Shown here in pieces: positions 1 to 10,326 of a stretch of 64,000 nt of DNA. The notes beneath the pieces were generated by a model, which had not been told where the DNA came from, searched no databases, and saw only the letters and a program-made list of their open reading frames with translations. Both the position numbers and the translations under genes were made by a program. The DNA is taken from NCBI GenBank assembly GCA_938083505.1, contig CALKCF010000004.1:64001-128000 (forward strand), read 5' to 3'. The DNA is from an uncultured archaeon. GTDB lineage: Archaea; Thermoproteota; Nitrososphaeria_A; Caldarchaeales; Wolframiiraptoraceae. Position 1 is the first letter of the stretch; each line of letters opens with the position of its first letter.

Positions 1-338
1 AAAGCCTCGCGATAGGCATGCCCGGTGACGGTACCTTTGCGCTCATGACTGTTAGGAAGAGCGGTGGTGTATGCGAATCAGTAACGGACGAGGAGATCTT
101 GGATTCCGTTAGGCTTTTGGCGAAGACGGAGGGGATTTTTGCAGAGCCTGGCGGGGCGATAAGCGTCGCGGTCTTAAAGAAGCTGCTGGAAGATGGCAAG
201 GTCGACAGGTCGGAGGAAGTGGTCTGCTGCGTGACGGGTGCAGGTTTCAAGACGATCGAGATGATTTCCCAGCAAGATGTTAAGACAAAGTTAATATTAC
301 CCAAGACTGAAATGCTCGATATGGTATTCGCTCGGTGA
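1..338 (+). CDS. thrC: Threonine synthase-like PLP enzyme (fold type II), 5'-truncated by window edge
   Basis: Frame open from window start (SLAIGMPGDG...). The C-terminal motifs EGIFAEPGGA and VCCVTGAGFK are typical of the threonine/cysteate synthase family. Confidence 0.75.
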   Translation, partial: SLAIGMPGDGTFALMTVRKSGGVCESVTDEEILDSVRLLAKTEGIFAEPGGAISVAVLKKLLEDGKVDRSEEVVCCVTGAGFKTIEMISQQDVKTKLILPKTEMLDMVFAR

Positions 339-344
339 GGTTTT

Positions 345-659
345 ATGGCGAAGGTTAAGCTCATCATGACAAGCGCGTTGGCCATGTACCTGAGCAGTGA
401 GCGAGAACTTTACGTCGAGGCGTCAAGCGTTCGGGAGTTACTTAACCGGCTCTCTGAGAGGTTTGGTGATGCGTTCAGGCAGAGGGTCTTTAATGCTGAC
501 GGAAATCTGAAGAGCTTCGTGGTCTTATACCTTAACGGAAAGAACATAGAATTCGCAGGAGGACTCGATGCAAAGCTCGAAGATGGTGACGAAGTGCTGA
601 TACTTCCGGCGATAGGCGGAGGTACCGCAAACATTAACACGGGCCTTCAGGCTGCTTGA
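345..659 (+). CDS. MoaD/ThiS-family ubiquitin-like small modifier (SAMP / sulfur carrier) with C-terminal extension
   Basis: Beta-grasp signature LYLNGKNIEF...L.DGDEVLILPAIGGG, followed by 11 extra residues. Confidence 0.85.
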   Translation: MAKVKLIMTSALAMYLSSERELYVEASSVRELLNRLSERFGDAFRQRVFNADGNLKSFVVLYLNGKNIEFAGGLDAKLEDGDEVLILPAIGGGTANINTGLQAA

Positions 660-923
660 ATAGAGCGGTGCAATAAGCATTATCCGTATATCAAAAAATT
701 ATGTAACTTCGCTGGAGTTTATAAAGCAACGAGCAAAAAGCGCATAAGCGAGAAGTTAAAGGTATAAGATGGCTTAATCCCCTCGCTATAACACTGAACC
801 CCAAAAAGAGAATTGAAAGTTGATTTCTTAGCAGAGACTTTTTATAAAGTAACACTCATCAGACTCGGTCTCGGAATAATACTCATACACAAGTGACATA
901 AATAGGTAGAAGGGATCATTGAT

Positions 924-1849
924 CTATAATGGGAGAAAAATGAGTTTTTCTGGTGGTAGTATTTTGTTTATTTTGTTGGCTACGAGCATAAGTAGTCCTC
1001 CTTTGAGCATGTTTAGAGATGATAAGCTTTTTTCGAGTTCGTCGTTTGACGAGAACCTTTTCATCTGTTTTTTGCATTCGCCTCTGCCTTTTTTTACAAC
1101 TTTTTTCATTAGATTTTCGTATACCTTTGTAACTTCTAAGCCTTCTTCTTCAGCCTTCGTTATGGCTTTTATTGCCAAGCGTCCGCTTAGAGCAGCATTA
1201 TCCATTCTAACACCTCGGTATAAATCAACTAAACCCGCAGCATCCCCAACCAGCATTTTATAGAACATGTAAAGCGTGTTTGGATCTAAATTCATATCTC
1301 TGACAAAATAATAATTTACAGTCGCTCCTGATTCTTTTCTCTCAAAATCTTGTGGCCGCAATTTCCATCTGATACGTGAAAGCATTCCATCAGCGCCAAT
1401 AAGATAACGAGCCTTTAACCTCCTTATACTCGCCTTCCGCTGACATCTTAATGATTATTTTTACCATTTTTATTTTCAACAAAATCAACTAGTGATGTGT
1501 TCTCGCTAAAATCTGCACCAGCATCCACTGCCAACAAGTTGAGCCAACTGTCAAAGGTGGATCTCTAAAAGTTTAGCATCCTCATCTTGCCTCGTAAAAC
1601 CTTGTCCTTCGGAGTTATCATCTCAACCTTAAAAAGTTCATTTTTACAAAGCTTATCTCTAGGTATCTTCTCACCAATAAGTTTCTCAAAATATAAAAAC
1701 TGAATCCCAGAACAAGGCTTGTTCCTAGGGGTCTTAAACTTCTCAATAACCAATGTCTTAAAACCACTTTTTGCCGCAAACCTTGCAGCAACAGAACCAG
1801 CCACACCCCCACCCACAACAACCACATCATACTCTTCCAAGAAACTCAT
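924..1849 (-). pseudogene. Geranylgeranyl reductase-family FAD oxidoreductase, disrupted
   Basis: N-terminal GxGxxG (YDVVVVGGGVAG). In-frame TAG at 1565-1567 followed by RSTFDSWLN. Frameshift(s) near 1410-1460 before YLIGADG. C-terminal LVGDAAG...SGRLA follows an apparent internal deletion. Confidence 0.8.
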
Positions 1850-2100
1850 CCCCAAATTAACATGTATTTTACCTTTTTATATTTGCAGAAATTTATGATT
1901 TTCTGTTAAGAGACATTAAAAGCCATGTTTACTCTGCGCTAAATTAACTCTAAATATTGTGGACTCTTGTCCGTTCTAGGTGTCGTGAATGTAAAGTTGT
2001 ACGTAAGGATGAGTTTACCTTGCAGGTATTTTTAGGTCCTCTTCGAGTTTATAACAAGTTTCAATATAAAAACCGAACCAAGGGTGGGTTTTGCTAACGC

Positions 2101-2592
2101 CTAGGATTTTAGAACACGAGCCTCCATATAGTAGTCTCCGGTATAATGGAGTAGTGGGTTGAACTCTCTCCTTCTCACGTGCTCCTCTACTACCTTTCCT
2201 ACAAGAAGATAGTGGTCACCGAATAGTTCCATGTGTACAATAACGCATTCAAGCGTTATCGGTGACTCGGCGATGCCAGGGGGTCTAATCTTCTTGGAGG
2301 GAACCTTCGTTAGCATCACCATGCTGAACTTATCGACGTCCCTACCCGAGTAGCTACCGCAAACTTTAACCTGGTCGAGCATCTCTAAGGTCGCCACATT
2401 CGCCGTGAATTCGCCAACCTCCTTGAGGTTCGAGAAGGTCTGTCTCTCCGGCGCTATAGCGATTGCTACATACTTAGGGCTGAAGCTGACTGGCATCACG
2501 AAGCTAGCCGGCATGATGTTCTCCCTACCCCTGCCGTCAACACTCACCACCAGCAAAACTGGTCTTGGGAATATTTGCTGAGATATGCGCAT
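2101..2592 (-). CDS. Flavin reductase-like (DIM6/NTAB) family protein
   Basis: PRPVLLV, SFSP, CGSYSGRDVDKF and LEC...GDH motifs. Confidence 0.9.
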   Translation of the reverse strand: MRISQQIFPRPVLLVVSVDGRGRENIMPASFVMPVSFSPKYVAIAIAPERQTFSNLKEVGEFTANVATLEMLDQVKVCGSYSGRDVDKFSMVMLTKVPSKKIRPPGIAESPITLECVIVHMELFGDHYLLVGKVVEEHVRRREFNPLLHYTGDYYMEARVLKS

Positions 2593-2830
2593 ACCCTCAA
2601 CGTAATTTTTTTACATTAAAATTTATTTAAATTTTTAGAGATTTTTAAAATAATTTTGTACTGGCAAATGCTCTGGACTCAATGTACCAAGCATAACTTT
2701 TACCAACGACCCTATTGTATAGGTCAAGCTTGCAGCACTAAGAGTTATGTCAACAACATCTTAAGCCAAACCAACATACCGTGATAGCATTCCTTAAACA
2801 TTCAAAACTCGGAGTTATGCTCATGCTCCC

Positions 2831-5716
2831 CTAAAAATTCATACTAGAAATCTGTATGCGCTTTTTACATTTGTACAATTTATTGACCATGCTTTCATAA
2901 AGGCACGAATCAGTGTATTCATTCCTGTAAACTTCGATTACGGAGTCTACCTTTTCTCCATAAATATTATGTTTAAGTGCTTTTTGAAACCTCAGCTCAG
3001 ATTCGGGTATCAGGAAGTTTGGCACCACACGCTTCACTAGTTCAAACTCAGCAAATGGTAGGGCTGCAGCTAACGTCAAAGTAACAAAATCTTGGGGTGA
3101 AAGTGGCACCAGCTGGAAGAAGCTCCTTAGGCCTTCCAAGCCGACTATCATGCACAATAAGAAAGCTTCCCATAAGATAGCAAGCAGTAGCCACTTATGC
3201 GGCTTAACCCTGCTTATCGGATGCCTTATCGAGCATAGGTTTAACGCGAGAGAAAGCTCAATTACGACAAAGGACAAGAAGAGGATAGTCCTAGCAACCT
3301 CGATGCCCCTGCTCATGTTCGATAGGAAGAGCCAGATTAGGAATGGTGTATGGATTAAAGTTATCAGAACTAGTAGGAACCTAACCTCACGCGAGAATAT
3401 CGACTCTTTTGGATCTCTTGGTGGGCGACTCATGAGTCCAGGTTCAGGAGGTGTTAAGCCGAGAGCGATCGCAGGAAGTCCGTCCGTTGCCAAGTTTATG
3501 TATAGTATGTGTACCGGTAGTAAAGGAAGCGGAAACCCTAGGAGCACGAGTATTCCTATGCTCACCACCTCAACTATGTTGCTCTCGAGTAGGTAGAGCA
3601 AAAACTTCTTGATGTTATCATATATCCACCTGCCCAGCTCTATCGCCTTCACGATCGTCGCAAAATTATCATCGGATAAGACCATATCCGCCGCTTCCTT
3701 AGAGACCTCCGTCCCTGTTATGCCCATGGCGATGCCTATGTCGGACTGCTTCAGCGCTGGTGCATCATTCACTCCGTCACCAGTCATTGCAACGATCTTG
3801 CCTTTTCGCTTCCAAGCCCTAACTATCTTCAACTTATCTAGGGGAGAAACTCTTGCGTAAACCGTAACTTTCTCGCACACCTCGTCAAGCTTGGCATCGT
3901 CCATCACTTCCAGCTCTTGCCCCGTTAATATAATATCACCTTCTTCGTAGATATTCATGCTTTTTGCTATAGCTACGGCTGTCTGTTTGTGGTCACCAGT
4001 GATCATCACAGGCTTTATCTGAACCTGTTTACATGTCTTGATAGCCTCTATGGCATCCTCCCTAGGCGGGTCTATCATGCCAAATAGGCCGATTAGCACA
4101 AAGTCTCTTTCTAGCCTTTTGGCATCCGCACACTCTTCACGTTCAACTTTTCTGTAGGCAACTGCTAAGACCCTGAGGCTTTTTGTTGCCATCTCGTTAT
4201 TCACCGCTAGCACCTTTGACCTTAACTCCTCCGATAGCTTTACCACTTCTCCGTCCAAGAGTACTCGATTGCAAGAATCCAGGACTACCTCGACGGCCCC
4301 CTTCATGTACGCAATCAAAGAACCGTCAGGTGTACTGTGGACCGTCGTCATTTTCTTCCTCTCCGAGCTGAACGGTACCTCGAAGACCCTCGGGTTTGTC
4401 CTCCTAAGCTCTAACTCGTCGATTCCGGCCTTCCTGGCAACTACCACAAGCGCACCTTCTGTCGGGTCTCCTATAACGCCCCATCCTCTATTAGTGTTTA
4501 CGAGTTGCGCATCGTTGCAGAGAACGCCTGCTTTGAGAAGCAAATAAATCGAAGCATCAGGCTCTATGACTTCTTCATCCTTAAAAAACTCCCCCTTCGG
4601 TTCGTAACCTACACCTGAGATCTTTATGCTCTTTCCTGAAACGAATAGCTGAACGACAGTCATCTCGCCCTTCGTGAGCGTCCCGGTCTTATCAGAACAT
4701 ATAACCTGAGTGCAACCGAGCGTCTCTACTGTAGACATTCTTCTAACTAGGGCGTTGTGCTTAGCCATAACGTACATACCTATTGCCAAAGTGCCCGTAA
4801 CTACCGCCGGTAGCGCCTCCGGAACGACCGCTACCGCTAGGGCTACCGTGAACATCATCATCTCAATGACGAAGCCAACCGTCAGACTACCGTGCAGAAA
4901 CAACTCCTCAAGGATGCCCGCGATAGCTATCAAGCTTATGACACTCAACACAACCCTTATGAGAAAGCTGCCTATCTCCTTCGTCTTCCTCTCGAGCGGT
5001 GTTTCTTCCTTTTCGATTGTTGCCACAGTTTTTGCTATCTTACCTAGCTCGGTATTCATGCCTGTGGCAACGACTATGCATTTGCCCCTGCCATACGTAA
5101 CTGTAGTACCTGCGAATACCATACAACGTCTATCGCTGATGCCCGCATCCATTGGCGAGGGTTCAACTTGCTTCAAAACCGGTACGGATTCGCCAGTAAG
5201 GGCCGCCTCGTTAACCTGCAGGTTAACGACGTGGACGAGCCGTGCGTCGGCAGGCACCTTATCGCCCGCCTCGAGAAGTAGCACATCACCAGGAACAACT
5301 TCTCTGGTTGATATGTTAACAGCTTTACCATCCCGGATGACGTTGACCCTTGGACTTAGCATCCTCTTTAGAGCTTCGAGTGCCCTCTCCGCCCTTAGTT
5401 CTTGGATGAATCCCAGGATTGTCGCCGCCATCACTATTATGAATATCAGTACGGAGTCGATGAACTCGCCTAAAATTGCAGAGATAAGTATGGCGACGAG
5501 CAATAGCAAAATCAGGACATTCTTAAACTGTCTGACGAATATCTTTAGACCTGAAACCTTCTTCGGCTTCTCGATTTCATTCGGACCTACTACTGAGAGT
5601 CTATTCATCGCTTCATCGTTGGTAAGTCCTTTTTCCGGGTCGGTTCTGAGCCTAGCTACGACCTCTTCGACACTCATCGAGTGCCAATTTTCAACCTTAG
5701 GCTTGCCACCTTCCAT
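2831..5716 (-). CDS. Cation-translocating P-type ATPase (type II, Ca2+/Mg2+-like)
   Basis: TGES, PEAL, DKTGTLT phosphorylation motif, MITGD and TGDGVNDAPAL. Confidence 0.95.
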   Translation of the reverse strand: MEGGKPKVENWHSMSVEEVVARLRTDPEKGLTNDEAMNRLSVVGPNEIEKPKKVSGLKIFVRQFKNVLILLLLVAILISAILGEFIDSVLIFIIVMAATILGFIQELRAERALEALKRMLSPRVNVIRDGKAVNISTREVVPGDVLLLEAGDKVPADARLVHVVNLQVNEAALTGESVPVLKQVEPSPMDAGISDRRCMVFAGTTVTYGRGKCIVVATGMNTELGKIAKTVATIEKEETPLERKTKEIGSFLIRVVLSVISLIAIAGILEELFLHGSLTVGFVIEMMMFTVALAVAVVPEALPAVVTGTLAIGMYVMAKHNALVRRMSTVETLGCTQVICSDKTGTLTKGEMTVVQLFVSGKSIKISGVGYEPKGEFFKDEEVIEPDASIYLLLKAGVLCNDAQLVNTNRGWGVIGDPTEGALVVVARKAGIDELELRRTNPRVFEVPFSSERKKMTTVHSTPDGSLIAYMKGAVEVVLDSCNRVLLDGEVVKLSEELRSKVLAVNNEMATKSLRVLAVAYRKVEREECADAKRLERDFVLIGLFGMIDPPREDAIEAIKTCKQVQIKPVMITGDHKQTAVAIAKSMNIYEEGDIILTGQELEVMDDAKLDEVCEKVTVYARVSPLDKLKIVRAWKRKGKIVAMTGDGVNDAPALKQSDIGIAMGITGTEVSKEAADMVLSDDNFATIVKAIELGRWIYDNIKKFLLYLLESNIVEVVSIGILVLLGFPLPLLPVHILYINLATDGLPAIALGLTPPEPGLMSRPPRDPKESIFSREVRFLLVLITLIHTPFLIWLFLSNMSRGIEVARTILFLSFVVIELSLALNLCSIRHPISRVKPHKWLLLAILWEAFLLCMIVGLEGLRSFFQLVPLSPQDFVTLTLAAALPFAEFELVKRVVPNFLIPESELRFQKALKHNIYGEKVDSVIEVYRNEYTDSCLYESMVNKLYKCKKRIQISSMNF

Positions 5717-5774
5717 TTTACTATGGCAGAAATCGCTTAAAGATACTATAAAGGGTTATTTGTGTTGCTTAAAG

Positions 5775-6398
5775 TTAAGCAACCCTTTTTCTGACGGATA
5801 TTCCAACGGGCATAACGTACATCGGCCTCTCTTCTCCTGATACTCCCAAAACTTCTCCGACCTTATCATCGTAGAACGCTCCAACGGCAACTGTTCCCAA
5901 ACCCATGGCCGTTGCTTGGAGGTATATGTTCTGGCTCACGTGGCCAACCTCTATATGCACATACCTCTCCCCCCTCGTTCCATACCTTCTTGCAGTTCTA
6001 GTGTATATCGCGGTTATGACAATGTTCAGTGGAGCATCCTTTACCCAACTCTGTCCGAGGCAGGCTGACGCTAGTTCTTCATTAAAATCACCTCTTCTTA
6101 TAAGCTCTAGAGAATGATCTTCCGGTTGGTAGTGGTACACGCCAGCTTCCAGGCCTTCCACACCGCCACTCCTCACGACCACGTAAACCTCAAGCGGATA
6201 TGTGGCGCCTGCGGATGGCGCAGCTCTTAACATATTCCTGTGATCCGTTATACCTTGCGCACACCACACTAGTTGCGAAACATGCTCTAGCATGAGCTTA
6301 CTTGATGTATATCTTCTCTCAGACCTGCGCCAGTGTATTGCCTCCTCGACGGACACGTTACCCCTTAAGGATGGACTAGGAAGCACCACCTTTCTCAT
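5775..6398 (-). CDS. SagB/ThcOx-family nitroreductase
   Basis: RRSER, RAAPSAGATYPLE, RYVHIEVGH.SQN and GAFYDD motifs. Start moved to ATG at 6398. Confidence 0.9.
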   Translation of the reverse strand: MRKVVLPSPSLRGNVSVEEAIHWRRSERRYTSSKLMLEHVSQLVWCAQGITDHRNMLRAAPSAGATYPLEVYVVVRSGGVEGLEAGVYHYQPEDHSLELIRRGDFNEELASACLGQSWVKDAPLNIVITAIYTRTARRYGTRGERYVHIEVGHVSQNIYLQATAMGLGTVAVGAFYDDKVGEVLGVSGEERPMYVMPVGISVRKRVA

Positions 6399-6529
6399 AG
6401 GCTTTAGCGGCAATGTATGGTCACCAAGTATTTTAAGATTTGTATAAATAAGCTTATGGATTATGTGAAGCATCAACCAAAAAATAAAAAATTAAACTTT
6501 TTTAAGGTGTTGTTTTTCTGGTATTTGCA

Positions 6530-8425
6530 ATGAAAGTTAGTATTAGAGATTTAGGATATTGGTACAGAGTATGTTTTGTTAACTTATCCGATGGTTCCGT
6601 GAAATATTTCGACCCTGGTAAAGACGTGTACAGGAATTTCATAGGTGGGAAGGGTTTGGGTGCAAAGTTACTATTCGACAACACGGAACCTAGAATAGAC
6701 CCGCTCTCGCCAGACAACGTTATTGTTTTCTCCGTAGGGCCGATAGAAGGTCTTGCCTTATCAAGCGCTGCTAGGATGGCTGCATGCTTTAAGTCGCCAC
6801 TCACAAATCTTTTCGGCGAAAGCTACAGCGGCGGTTACATAGGCACGGAAATGGGTAAAGCAGGGCTTGATGCCATCGTGGTAAAAGGTGCTTCAAATAA
6901 ACCAGTATATCTCTATGTTGAGGACGGTGAGGTCCAAATACGTGATGCATCCGCTCTTTGGGGTCTGAACACATTGGAGACCGAGAAGGCTCTCTGGAAA
7001 GAGCACGGCGATGAGGTCCAAACAGCCGTTATAGGACAGGCGGGCGAGAACTTAGTCAAGTTCGCATGTATAGTCCATGGTATATACCAACACAAAGTTA
7101 GGGGGTTGAGGGGCGGCTTCTTCGGCAGGACCGGAGGGGGTGCTGTTATGGGAAGCAAAAAGTTAAAAGCCATCGTGATAAGGGGAACGCTCGAGGTTGC
7201 CCCAGCTGATGAGAAAGCGTATGAGGAGTTAAAGAGGGATGTGTCGGAGAAAGCTCGGAACACATTAACCACACTCGCGAAGTATGGCACTTCAGGCATA
7301 ATGGCCCTTACGCAAAGCACGGGTTCCTTATCAACTAGATATTATCAGGGTGGGAGCTTTGAGGGTTACGAGAAGGTCGGACCGGAGACGATGAACAGCA
7401 CCATAGTGAAGAAACACATAACCTGTTTTGCGTGTCCAGTAGCTTGTGGTAGGCACACAGTCGTAGATTACGGAGGTAGAACCATAGTCTTAGAGGGGCC
7501 CGAGTACGAAACACTGTACGCGCTGAGCCCATTGTGTGGAATCGATGATCTAGCTGCAGTTGCGGCGGCCAACGAGTTCGCAAACCTGTACGGGCTGGAC
7601 ACGATAACGCTCGGGAACGTTGTAGGCTTCGCTATGTACTTAGTTGAACGAGGACTTCTCAAAGAAAACGACATAGGCTTGAAGTTCGGGGACGGAGCTT
7701 CACTCGTTAGGGCAGTGGAGGCTATAGCTTTCAAGAGGGGTCTTGGAAAGATACTCGCCGAGGGTGTGAGGAACGCCGCAAACATTCTAGGCGTTCCTGA
7801 ATTAGCGGTCCATGTGAAAGGGTTGGAGTTCCCAGGATACGATCCGAGGGGCTTGAAAGGTGTCGCTCTTGCATATGCTGTCTCACAAAGGGGGGCGTGC
7901 CATCTAAGACATGTAGCTTACAGGCCGAACTTGACGGAAAGGCATCCGTTCAAACCGGATGTTGCGGTTAACAGATTATCCTATGAAGGTCATGCCGAGT
8001 ACGTAGCAGAGCAGGAGGACTTCTACGCAGTTATCGATAGCCTGATAATGTGCAAGTTTTACTCCTTGCCAACGATCGGTCCAATGTTATGGGATGGCGT
8101 AACGGCAATATACAACATGGCTACTGGAGCAAGTATAAACGCGGTAGAGCTCAGAAGAATAGGTGAAAGGATCAACAATCTCATCAGGCTCTATAACATC
8201 AGAGAGGGTTTAACGAAGAATGATGATTACCTCCCAGAGAGAATGTACAAAGATCCGCTAACCTCCGGCGCGTCGAAAGGTGAGGTCGTAGATAGAGAAA
8301 GATTCGAGCAAATGTTAGATGAATTCTACAGTATAAGATGGTGGACAAAAGAAGGCAAGCCTAAGCTGGAAAAGCTTGCCGAGTTGGGGTTGACAGAATA
8401 CGCAAAGAAGATAGGCCTAGTGTAA
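6530..8425 (+). CDS. aor: Aldehyde:ferredoxin oxidoreductase family (tungstopterin)
   Basis: KSPLT, GR.G.GAVMGSKKLKAI, CFACPVAC, GPEYET, GLDTI, DPRG, RGACH and GERI motifs. Confidence 0.92.
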   Translation: MKVSIRDLGYWYRVCFVNLSDGSVKYFDPGKDVYRNFIGGKGLGAKLLFDNTEPRIDPLSPDNVIVFSVGPIEGLALSSAARMAACFKSPLTNLFGESYSGGYIGTEMGKAGLDAIVVKGASNKPVYLYVEDGEVQIRDASALWGLNTLETEKALWKEHGDEVQTAVIGQAGENLVKFACIVHGIYQHKVRGLRGGFFGRTGGGAVMGSKKLKAIVIRGTLEVAPADEKAYEELKRDVSEKARNTLTTLAKYGTSGIMALTQSTGSLSTRYYQGGSFEGYEKVGPETMNSTIVKKHITCFACPVACGRHTVVDYGGRTIVLEGPEYETLYALSPLCGIDDLAAVAAANEFANLYGLDTITLGNVVGFAMYLVERGLLKENDIGLKFGDGASLVRAVEAIAFKRGLGKILAEGVRNAANILGVPELAVHVKGLEFPGYDPRGLKGVALAYAVSQRGACHLRHVAYRPNLTERHPFKPDVAVNRLSYEGHAEYVAEQEDFYAVIDSLIMCKFYSLPTIGPMLWDGVTAIYNMATGASINAVELRRIGERINNLIRLYNIREGLTKNDDYLPERMYKDPLTSGASKGEVVDRERFEQMLDEFYSIRWWTKEGKPKLEKLAELGLTEYAKKIGLV

Positions 8426-8515
8426 GCTGTCTTTAGGAGTATTAAACCCGAAATTCTTAAATGTCGCTGCCCACTCAAGGGAAAGCGGAAAACTTATACC
8501 TATATTGAAAGAGGG

Positions 8516-8809
8516 GTGGTGTTCTACGTGTCAGAATCTAAGCACTCATGGGAAGAGAAAAGACAACAAATAGTTCAGATACTTGAGACTATAGCGAACG
8601 ACACAAGTACGCCTAGAAACATAAGGAGGGCGGCCAAATCTGCAAGCGACGTCCTCTTCGACGAAAGGTTCATACCTGCCGTTAGGGCGGCAAATGCTAT
8701 CGAGATCATCGATGAGATAATCTCAGATCCCAATATGCCGCCCTTCACTAGGACACAGCTCTGGATGGTGATGTCTTTGTTAGAGACGATAAGGGCTGCC
8801 CAACAATGA
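8516..8809 (+). CDS. UPF0147 family protein
   Basis: D.S.PRNIRRAA...RAA.AI...DPNMP...RT.LW signature. Confidence 0.9.
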   Translation: MVFYVSESKHSWEEKRQQIVQILETIANDTSTPRNIRRAAKSASDVLFDERFIPAVRAANAIEIIDEIISDPNMPPFTRTQLWMVMSLLETIRAAQQ

Positions 8810-8895
8810 GGTGCCAGCAAGTACCAATAGCTGCTATGACATTAGCACGTACGAGGGTTATATCAATTGCTATCCAATTAACGGTGAGTAGATGA

Positions 8896-9855
8896 TTGAA
8901 GGTTATGGTGAGGGGGATATATTCCACTGCGCTACTAAGGCTCATTTTAAAGAATGGACATGAAATATCCTTACCTACGGTCTCCCAGAAAGAAAGGTTC
9001 GGTGTATGGTCTACAGAATCGCCTGATGTGATAGTAAGCGACACCCAAGATAAACATGCAATCAAGATCTTAGGAAGGAGAGAACACGTTGAGGATTTTG
9101 TTAAGATACTAAAGAAAGGCGTCCCATCTACAATACTCGTTGGCAAAGCAAGACAATTGGAGAATTCTCAAGATAGTATCCAAATTATCGCGGCATTCCC
9201 GTTGGAAGCTAAGTTGGAGCTTGATGTGCTTAGGAGCGAGGTAACATATACTGTACCTTGGCACCATTTTTGTAGGGCTGGTGGCGAAAGCCTTTCGTTA
9301 GTGGTGTCTTTCGCAGAACAATTGCTCGAGGAGGGTTTGCTCCAACCAGACAAAGTTTATGCGATGTTTAAAGAGTATATGTCAAAGTTGACGCCTAGAT
9401 TGGGTAGCACTATACGTATCGTCCACTCAAAGCTGAACGGAAAGAACATACTCATGGGCCCAGCTAAGGTCATATGGAGAAGAGAGGGTGTCGTTAAAGT
9501 TCGAAGATCGATTCTTGGGGGTGGTGTCTACGACGGTCTTAACGTGCCGAAGTCGCCGGGAGATTATGCCATAACGGAGCTTAAGAAAGAGCGCATGTAT
9601 ACTTTAACAAGGTATTACTCCATAAACGGTAGCCTTAAAGGTGAATATTATAACATCTGCACATCGGTAGAGATGTATGACACGTATGTTAGGTACGTGG
9701 ACCTAGGTGTGGATGTCGTGAGACCTTTCGGTAAAGAGCCGAGTATTATAGATCAAGATGAGCCAAGAGAAGCGTGCGCTACTGGTCAGCTACCGGAGCA
9801 CATAATGAAAAAAGCACTCGATGTGGTAAAGGAAATCGTGAAACAGTTGGTCTAA
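8896..9855 (+). CDS. FAU-1-like RNA-binding/ribonuclease protein with DUF402 domain
   Basis: N-terminal VRGIYSTAL. C-terminal YDGL, G.LKGEYYNICT and RYVDL.VDVV. Confidence 0.85.
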   Translation: MKVMVRGIYSTALLRLILKNGHEISLPTVSQKERFGVWSTESPDVIVSDTQDKHAIKILGRREHVEDFVKILKKGVPSTILVGKARQLENSQDSIQIIAAFPLEAKLELDVLRSEVTYTVPWHHFCRAGGESLSLVVSFAEQLLEEGLLQPDKVYAMFKEYMSKLTPRLGSTIRIVHSKLNGKNILMGPAKVIWRREGVVKVRRSILGGGVYDGLNVPKSPGDYAITELKKERMYTLTRYYSINGSLKGEYYNICTSVEMYDTYVRYVDLGVDVVRPFGKEPSIIDQDEPREACATGQLPEHIMKKALDVVKEIVKQLV

Positions 9856-9890
9856 ACGGGTATGGCTATTATTCTCGTCAAGGTTAAAGG

Positions 9891-10304
9891 TTACTTAGCA
9901 ACGACGGCAAGCTTGAGCTGCTTTACACCTTTCTCCATCATCATACTCTCCATGAGCTCCTTTATCCTTCCCGACTCTCCCTTCACCGCGATTATCTCTA
10001 AGCAGTTATTCTCGTCAAGGTGCACATGCATCGTGGACGTTATTATGTTGCCGTATTCGTGCTGTATGTCGGTCAGAGACTCCTCTATGCCCCTACTCTT
10101 GTGATCGTATAGCAGTATTAATGCGCCAGCAATATCGCCAGACTCATGAGTCCACCTGTAATCCGTCAGGAAGTTTCTTATCGCCATCTGTATAACTTTT
10201 GACCTGTCGTAACCTGATTTCTCGATAAAGTTGTCCAACTCTTTTAGCAAGTCAGGCGGTATGGATATACTGATTCTGGTTACGCCCCCAGACATGTCTG
10301 ACAA
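9891..10304 (-). CDS. nikR: NikR-family (CopG RHH) nickel-responsive regulator
   Basis: RISISIP RHH N-terminus. YDH, QH and MHVHLD..NCLEII metal site. Confidence 0.9.
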   Translation of the reverse strand: MSDMSGGVTRISISIPPDLLKELDNFIEKSGYDRSKVIQMAIRNFLTDYRWTHESGDIAGALILLYDHKSRGIEESLTDIQHEYGNIITSTMHVHLDENNCLEIIAVKGESGRIKELMESMMMEKGVKQLKLAVVAK

Positions 10305-10326
10305 ATTAAAGATGCGCTGTGCTTAT

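Noticed and set aside
3150-5840. Long + strand ORFs opposite the P-type ATPase (such as 4710-5840) and similar shadows opposite mcm, guaB, gyaR and the coiled-coil gene
   Set aside because: Ser/Thr/Phe-rich antisense shadows of strongly conserved genes, with no motifs.
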